Positions 54,095-64,000 of a stretch of DNA of 64,000 bases are shown one piece after another. A program made the position numbers and the translations under genes. The DNA is from Eledone cirrhosa (lineage: Eukaryota): NCBI GenBank assembly GCA_964016885.1, contig OZ024747.1, positions 86,986,001 to 87,050,000 of the forward strand, in the 5' to 3' direction. Each line of letters starts with the position of its first letter. The stretch's first letter is position 1. The notes beneath the pieces are model-generated. The model searched no databases. It saw only the letters and a program-made list of their open reading frames with translations, and had not been told where the DNA came from.

Positions 54095-57000
54095 TCATCA
54101 TCATCATCATCATCATCGTTTAACGTCCATATTCCACGTTTGCATGGGTTTGGACGGGAGTTTTCCCACTTGAGGCAAGAGTGGTTGTCTTGCTCGCATA
54201 GGACTGTCTGGCGGGTTTTCTACGGCTGGATTCCCTGCCTAACACCAACCACGTTTACAGTGTGGACTGGGAGGTTTTTACCGTGTTACCTACACGGCCA
54301 CATTACAGCGTGGACTGTGTGTTTTTTTGTCGTGACACCTACACGACCTCATTTGTTTCGGACTGGATGTTGTGGTACCAACATAACTTTACATTGAAAG
54401 GGGTGGTGTGGATGGGGTGGGACGGGGGTGTATTTTGTTAGAGGTGTCTACTGATTGTAGTAGGTTTCACTTTGTACTTAGGAAAGGCGGGTCTTCTCCT
54501 ATTACTGTGTAGCGCCAAAGATCTCGGTCCAGTGACATTGTCTTGGAGAGGTGTAAGTGTGTGAGGTCGGAATTTATCAAGTCGTCCCAGGTTTTTCTGG
54601 GTCTGCCTACTCCGTGGCTACCGTCTATTTTTATTGCCCTGCACTTTTTTATACAGCTGCCGTCTTTCATGCGCATCACGTGACCATACCAACGTAGTCT
54701 TCTCTCGAGTAAACAACATCTGATCCCTCTTATTTCTAATGTTTCCCTTAGTTCGTTTATGCTTTGCCGTTCACGTATATTACTATTACACATCCAGCGG
54801 AGCATGCAAGCTTCGTTCCTCTCCAGTCTGCGTATATCCTCTGCACACAATGCCCAGGTCTCACTGCCATATAACATTGTTATTCGTATGCAGGCATCAT
54901 ACAGCCTGCCTTTCATTTTTAGAGAGAACCCTTTAGCGGCTAATAATGATATAAGCTCTCTGAACTATTTCCATCCAGTTCTGACTCTAGCTACTGTACT
55001 TTCAGAGCACCCTCCCCCACTGCTGCTTTTGTCACCCAGGTAACGGAAGCTGTCCACTATTCTATAGAACCATCTGTGCAATGGAATGAGCTAGCATTCT
55101 GTGGGCACTTGCTGCTACTTATTGCACCAGAGCACCGGCCACATATAAAATCTATGTTCTTAGTTAGCTTACCTGTGATCCCACTACATCTTTTATGCAC
55201 CCATACTTTGCATTTGGGACATAAAATGGAGTTTCTACCTACTCCTTTCCTACACACTGAGCATGGCCATTTCCCGGATGGGACCGGTGCCCTATTTTCC
55301 TTCCTACAAACTAGAACTTTAGTCTTAGACAGGTTAATTTTAAGGCCTTTTGATTCTAGGCCATGCTTCCATGTTTGGAATTTCTTCTCTAGTTCGGCCA
55401 TTGATTCAGCTATGAGCGTTAGATCATCTGCGTATAGGAGTTCTCATGGGCAGCCGGTCTTGAACTGCACTGTTATAGCCTGAAGGGCAATAATAAATAG
55501 TAGGGGGCTAAGAACGGAGCCCTGATAAACACCAACGTTTACGCTAAACTCTTCACTATATTCGTTGTTAATTCTAACCTTGCTGACTGTTTCTTTATAC
55601 ATGGCTTGTATAGCTCTCACAAGCCATTCATCAACACCTAGTTTTCTAAGAGCCCACCAGATAATGGAACGGGGGACTCTGTCGAAGGCTTTCTCCAAGT
55701 CGACAAAAGCTAAGTATATGGGTTTACTTTTAGCTAGGTACTTCTCCTGTAGTTGTCGTACAATGAAAAGAGCGTCTGTGGTACTTTTACCTGACACAAA
55801 CCCGAACGGCATTTCATCTAGATCAATTCTCTCTCTGATTAGTAGCGCTATTATTTTTTCTGTGATCTTCATGACCTGGTCGATTAATTTAATGCCTCTA
55901 TAGTTACTCCTATCTAGGGCATCTCCTTTACCCTTGTAGCAGTTAATGATGATGCTGCTACGCCAGTCCTTCGGAACAACCCCATTCTGTATGACTTGGT
56001 TTACTATCCGGGTGACCATGGTGTGTCCCACCGTTTCAGAAGCTTTCAGCATTTCAGCAACTATTTCCGAAGGCCCAGCCGCCTTACCCGTCTTCATATC
56101 TTTGATTGCCTTACTTATTATACTACCTTCGACTAACACTGCTGGTCCCTCTATTGGGTCGATGTGGGGGAGACTGTCTTTCTCCCATTTATTCTCCTCA
56201 TTTAGTAGCCTTTCATAGTGACACTTCCAAGCTACCTTCTTATCAGCGTCAGTGATGGCAAGTACACCATGATCATTAAGGACACACTTCTCCCCGACAA
56301 TATCACGGTTTTCCTTGACACATTGCCTAGCAATCCTGAACACCTCGCGTTTTTGGTCCTCGCGTTGTAGAACATGCTTGTACTTTCTTTCCTCTGCTTC
56401 CCTTCTTGCGAAGTACACTTGTCTCCTAGCTTCCCTCCTGGCTACTTGATAGTCTTCTCTACTTCCCCCATCCCGCCATACTTTCCAAGCCTGCTTTTTG
56501 GCCTTAATTGACTCCTCCACCTTACTGTTCCGCCACCATGTTACTCTCCTCCTGCCTATAGGCCTGCTCCAGCCACAGACTTTGTCTGCCGCCATCAACA
56601 GGTTTGCTTTCAGGAATTCCCACTGTTCTTCTATATTGTACGACTCTAAATGCTCTTCCTTTCTGTCGAAAGCAATATGCTTTTAAATTTATTTCTGGCT
56701 GTGGGGTCCTTTAGCTTTCATATTTTTCTCCTGAGGATAGTCCTCTTCTGTTGTCGGGTACGTCTCGTCCTGACTATGAGGTCGCTAATTATCAGTCTAT
56801 GTTGGGAGGTGCATTCTTCATGGAGGAGGGATTTAGTGTTTACAACAGACACTCTGTCACGTCTTCTGGTAAGGATATAATCTACCTGGCTGGTATGTTC
56901 CCCTGATCTGTAGGTGATCAAGTGATTGTCTCGTTTTTTGAAGTTAGTGTTACAGATAGTTAGGTTATTTGCGTCACAGAATTCCGGGATTCTGTAGCCT

Positions 57001-57680
57001 TCCTCATTTCTAGTACCAAACCCATAGCCTCCGTGGATTCCGTTATAGCCGTCACAATGTTGTCCAACGTGACCATTTAGGTCGCCAGCAATAATTATAT
57101 AGTCACTGTCGGTTATTTGGGAGGTAGTGAGCATCAGTGTCTCATAGAATCTGTCTTTTATAGCGCCAGGCAGTCCGGATTGAGGTGCGTACGCAGATAT
57201 TACTGTCACAGTAGTTCTATTTAGAACAAGTCTTATTTTAATTATTCTGTCGTTCACTCTATTTACGTCTATTATCTTATCCACCCATTTTTCTGCTAAC
57301 ATGATTCCTACTCCACCCAGCCCATTGTCATTTCCCACCCAGAAAAGCTTATAGCATCGTTTTTTACCCACAATGAATCTAGCAGACCCGCCCCTCCACC
57401 TGGTCTCTTGGATACAGCAAACATCAACCTCCTTACGTTCAAGCATTTCTACAACCTCGTTAGAGCGGCCTTTTAAGGTGTCTACATTCATGGTACCAAC
57501 TCTGAAGTTTTGAATTGCGTTTGGTGGGTGGGGCGCAGGGAGGGGTGAGGGGGATGGGGTTAGGGTTATGTTAGCCATCCGCGGCCGAAACAAAGAGGAG
57601 GAGTCCTTTCCCTTTCGTCCGGCAACATTAGGTGAATTTGTCGTTATCTTTGGCATTGTCTTCGAGTGTCCAGATTCTTC
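54095..57680 (-). mobile_element. Near full-length RTE-clade LINE (APE + RT + Cys-rich finger), disabled, antisense in the oxidase intron
   Basis: VGTMNV..CIQETRW..AYAPQ..GDLNGH; NYRGIKL, FVDLEKAFDRV, QGSVLSP, P*ELLYADD; frameshifts; (GAT)n tail in (TA)n. 5' end uncertain. Confidence 0.93.
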
Positions 57681-57954
57681 AGACTCTCCAGAAATTCCTT
57701 AGTCCATCCATCATATCGACAAGCAACCAGGAGAAGCATAGGCCGTTGACTTATGATTGGTTCAAATAATAATGGTGGAAAGTGGGGGGGGGGGGGTATG
57801 GGGTAGTTAGCGAGGAGAAGATTATTTAGAACAATATCTATATAAATTCGCAAAGTTTATAAAATGAAGACAGGAGTATGGTGATGATGATGTTGATGTT
57901 GAGGAGGAGGATATGTTTTGTGTCTAGTTGTGATTTTCTTCTTTATTTTCCCAG

Positions 57955-58063
57955 ACGCTGGGGAGATGACACATTCAAGTATTTGCTGGACCTTCATGAA
58001 TCACCATTGGCATCTGAACTTGGGATCTGCCTAGTCTCTGGTTATTGGCTTAATGGCCCAGAG
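57955..58063 (+). CDS. DAO/DDO family, second coding exon
   Basis: ttttcccag|A CGC TGG... keeps the phase: (K)RWGDDTFKYLLDLHESPLASELGICLVSGYWLNGPE|GTAAAG, matching the W..TF..L...A...G..LVSG block of this family. Confidence 0.85.
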
Positions 58064-58959
58064 GTAAAGAATATATTCTCTTTCATGGCAAACAAATGTC
58101 TAGAGAGGTTGTGATTTGACGTTGCGGCCTAAAGAGTATATTTAGAGTTAGAAGCCAAACTATTTCTGTAACTTAATAAACTCCAACACTATATTTGTTG
58201 AGGAAACATGATGTCTCACTCGGTTATTTTATATTGTTTTACAATCTAGTTATTTTCAAGTTAAAAGAGTAAAAGTTTACAGACTCTCAACTCTTGGCGG
58301 AGTGCTGATATACGGTGTGTCAGGGGAATGTTAAACCTTGTGGAGCCTGTCCCTCTCAATTTGAAACACAGTCGATTTCTTCCAAAGAGAGAGAGATAGA
58401 GAGAGATCCAATCACACCATGTGATTGGTACTTTATTTATCGACCTCGAAAGGATGAATGGCAATGTTGAGCTAGGCAGCATTTGAATTGATACAGAGGC
58501 GGTCCCACAATCGGTGCGATCTCAGGAACAGACGACCTCGGTATGCCACACACTCAACAATGCTTACATTTTGGAGTCGTAGCCGTGACCAAGGAAGGAA
58601 TTGCTTGATAAGTGACACATTCGGATCAGCCGTAAAGCCACTCAGTCAATTGTTTTACAAGTTCTGAGAGCGCCATTTATTGTGATAGCCGTACTAGTCC
58701 CTGTCCGGAACCCAGCGTAGCGTGACGGTAAATCTCTTAAAATACATCAAAATTAGTGGTGTGAAGCGTTATAAAAATTCACAAAATTATAAAAATGAGG
58801 AAAGCAGTAGTAAATACTTAGAATTATAATGATAGCGGGTAAATAAATCAATAAAAAGTAAAAAGTTATAACGAGTTATAAAAACTTAATAGCTGTTTAA
58901 ACGAACCCGGTTAAGTACAAAATCTGTTCTTTTGATGTGAATATTTTTCAATGCGTACT

Positions 58960-59760
58960 ATCTACTTATATATATAACCAGCAATTTCTCTGTCTGTCTG
59001 TCCGACAGTGGAAACACGTGCGTAGAGAGAGAGTGAGAGTGAAAGAAAGAGACAGACTACGAGAGGGGGATAGCGGGAGGGAGAGAGAGAGAGTGAATAG
59101 ACGCTAAAACATTACCTTCCCCTCTCCACTGACTTTGGTCACTGAGGCCGAGGGAATCGCGCTGAGCGCGTCATAATGACGTAATGCAGACAGCCAGACA
59201 TACAGACAGATATTATAAGGGCGCAACGTTATATCTATGTATCTATCTAAAAAGAAAGACTAAGAATTATATAGAGAGAACGCTAAATCGCCTAATGCGG
59301 TCCCTAGGGCATTGAAAATTTGAAATAATGTTTGCTCAAAACACTCACAGGACCATAAGTATTACATGTCTAAAGTTTGAAAACAATCGGTTGGATGGTT
59401 CTCAAGTTTTAGTGAGCTGACAGACATTCTCTGTTTTAGATATATAGACTAGCAGAAAACCGCCCTGCATGTGGTTTTCTGCTAGTCTATATATATAAAA
59501 CTGAGGCTGTCTGTCTGTCTACTAAAACGGTCGGCACACATCTCCTCTTAAACCGTACGTTCAAATTTCGGTGAAATTGCTACACTTTTAGATGAAGGTC
59601 CGGCGGAGGCATCGGTCAAAAAAATGTTCAAATCAACCCACGCCAAGTGCAAAAATCGAATTTGTAATGTATTGATTTTTCAGTTCAAATGTATAAATAG
59701 ATGAGACGAGTTATTTCCCTTTTATGGCGTAATTTGTTTATTGAACAAACTACGCGTACA
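58960..59760. mobile_element. Cluster of Helitron-like non-autonomous fragments (relatives at ~25355-25607)
   Basis: TCTATATATATAAAAC..(CTGT)n starts on both strands, CTAG ends; 59170-59225 is the reverse complement of 25562-25607. Confidence 0.6.
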
Positions 59761-60106
59761 AAAATATGCGAACAGTTTTCGGGTCAGCAAAATTTTAACC
59801 TGCAAAATTCATGAGTTCGAAGTTTCAACATTAAGCTTCCATTTTGCTTCATTTCCATTAAAAAGTCTTTTAAAACAATATTTCAGCGCATCAGCCTCGC
59901 CATCACCCGAGGCAACGCTGCGAGTGTGCTGGCTTGCCTCAAAATTAGAGAGGTTGCCCAGTACTCGCGACGTTTGCTGACTTTTGCTCTGGTGTTGGCT
60001 CCGTTGTTCACACCCTTCCTTTGCATTTTCTTTAATATTGTAGTTTATGTATATATTTTAAATATATTTGTTATGTTATTCCACTGTAATAAAATTTTTT
60101 ATATCG

Positions 60107-60306
60107 NNNNNNNNNNNNNNNNNNNNNNNNNNNNNNNNNNNNNNNNNNNNNNNNNNNNNNNNNNNNNNNNNNNNNNNNNNNNNNNNNNNNNNNNNNNNNN
60201 NNNNNNNNNNNNNNNNNNNNNNNNNNNNNNNNNNNNNNNNNNNNNNNNNNNNNNNNNNNNNNNNNNNNNNNNNNNNNNNNNNNNNNNNNNNNNNNNNNNN
60301 NNNNNN
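60107..60306. other. Assembly gap (200 N)
   Basis: Seen directly. Confidence 1.
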
Positions 60307-61341
60307 CTTGCTGAAATCAAGGTAGATAACATCAGTGTTGGAACCCTCTCCCAAGGCTCTCAAAATGTCATCAAAGTGATGCAGTAGTTGCGTCAGGCAA
60401 TCCCTTCCATTACGGAATCCATGCTGGTTGGAGTTCAGCATATTGTTACTCTCAAGGAAGTGGGTCATTCGCGATCTCACCACTCGCTCAAATACCTTAA
60501 TGATATGAGAGGTGAGTGAGATTGGACGGTAATTCACGGCAAGGGATTTGTTTCCCTTTTTGAAAACTGGGACAACAGACTGGGATAGAAGGTTTTCTGG
60601 CACATATCCAGCATCCAGTGAGTTCCGCCACAGATTGGCAAGAGGAGAAGCAAGTTGGTGTTGACACGCCTTCAAGACACAAGCAGGGAACCTATCGGGA
60701 CCTACTGCTGAATTATGCTTGATTTCCTTTATTGCCGCCAAGACATCAGGGGCGCCAAACGTTATGTCCGATAAGGTGTAATGGGGAGTAACATCGCCGA
60801 TACAGCCCAGATCGGCCATATCAGGATTGCTGAAAACAGAGCAGTATTGTTTCTGCAGTATCTCACCCATGGTTTTAGCATTGTCTTGAAGAGTGCCATT
60901 TTCATCAATTAGAGGGCCAACAGTAGAGCCAGTGATTTTGTGTTTTTTTGCAAATGAAAAGAACACTTTGGGATTGAGTTTGATCTTCTCAATGGCCCAG
61001 GCCTCTTCAGCTCTTCTCTGATTGTTGATGAGGGACATTATGTTGTTTTGGAGGTTATGTTTTTTAATCTCTAGTGATGAAATGGCAGTCAAGTTGATGT
61101 GTTGCTGCTGACAGTATTTCAGATTGTTGATTTTTTTGTTCGTTCTCTTAATTTTTCTGATGAGCGTTTTTCTATTTCTAGGGATTCTGCTCTTAGATTT
61201 GTTTATAGTTCTTAATGGGGTGTGTTTAGCACATATGTTTGTAACAGTTGGGTGTATGAGTGTGCGTGAAGGACCAGTCGACATGTGCAAGATCATGACT
61301 GATCGCTTCCCAGTTTGCATTGTGGAAATCCATAGCGTCAA

Positions 61342-61342
<1 letters not shown>
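60307..61342 (-). mobile_element. CR1/L2-group LINE RT fragment running into the gap
   Basis: [47 protein letters not shown]. Confidence 0.88.

Positions 61343-64000
<2,658 letters not shown>

Noticed and set aside
55444-55446. In-frame TGA in the RTE RT as possible selenocysteine or readthrough
   Set aside because: It occupies a usual Trp position (TGG>TGA) and the copy has other frameshifts.
59926-60387. ORFs spanning the N gap
   Set aside because: Artefacts of translating through Ns.

Overview
AT-rich, repeat-dense animal genomic DNA with one 200-N gap. The SINE/LINE types and huge (TA)n tracts suggest a mollusc, probably an octopus-like cephalopod (inference, not verified). Host genes: (i) a single-coding-exon BTB-BACK protein with a very divergent C-terminus (36713-38596, minus); (ii) two spliceable coding exons of a D-amino-acid/D-aspartate oxidase family gene (52772-52962, 57955-58063, plus), with an antisense RTE LINE in the intron. 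The rest is mobile DNA. The first 15 kb is a stack of Penelope-like (PLE) pieces inserted into (TA)n. It includes an intact RT+GIY-YIG ORF with an inverted pseudo-LTR and an overlapping upstream ORF joined through a T TTT TTA -1 slippery site. It also holds eight hand-foldable hammerhead-ribozyme (HHR) or HHR-like motifs plus one decayed copy; two carry a compensatory U3-A8 core and lie in opposite orientations between the same inverted repeats. Further on are palindromised half-hammerheads, a foldback with convergent Pol III-like promoters, MITEs, Helitron ends, CR1-, RTE-, Tx1- and CRE-like fragments, many SINEs and satellites. All RNA structures were derived by eye; no database search was possible.
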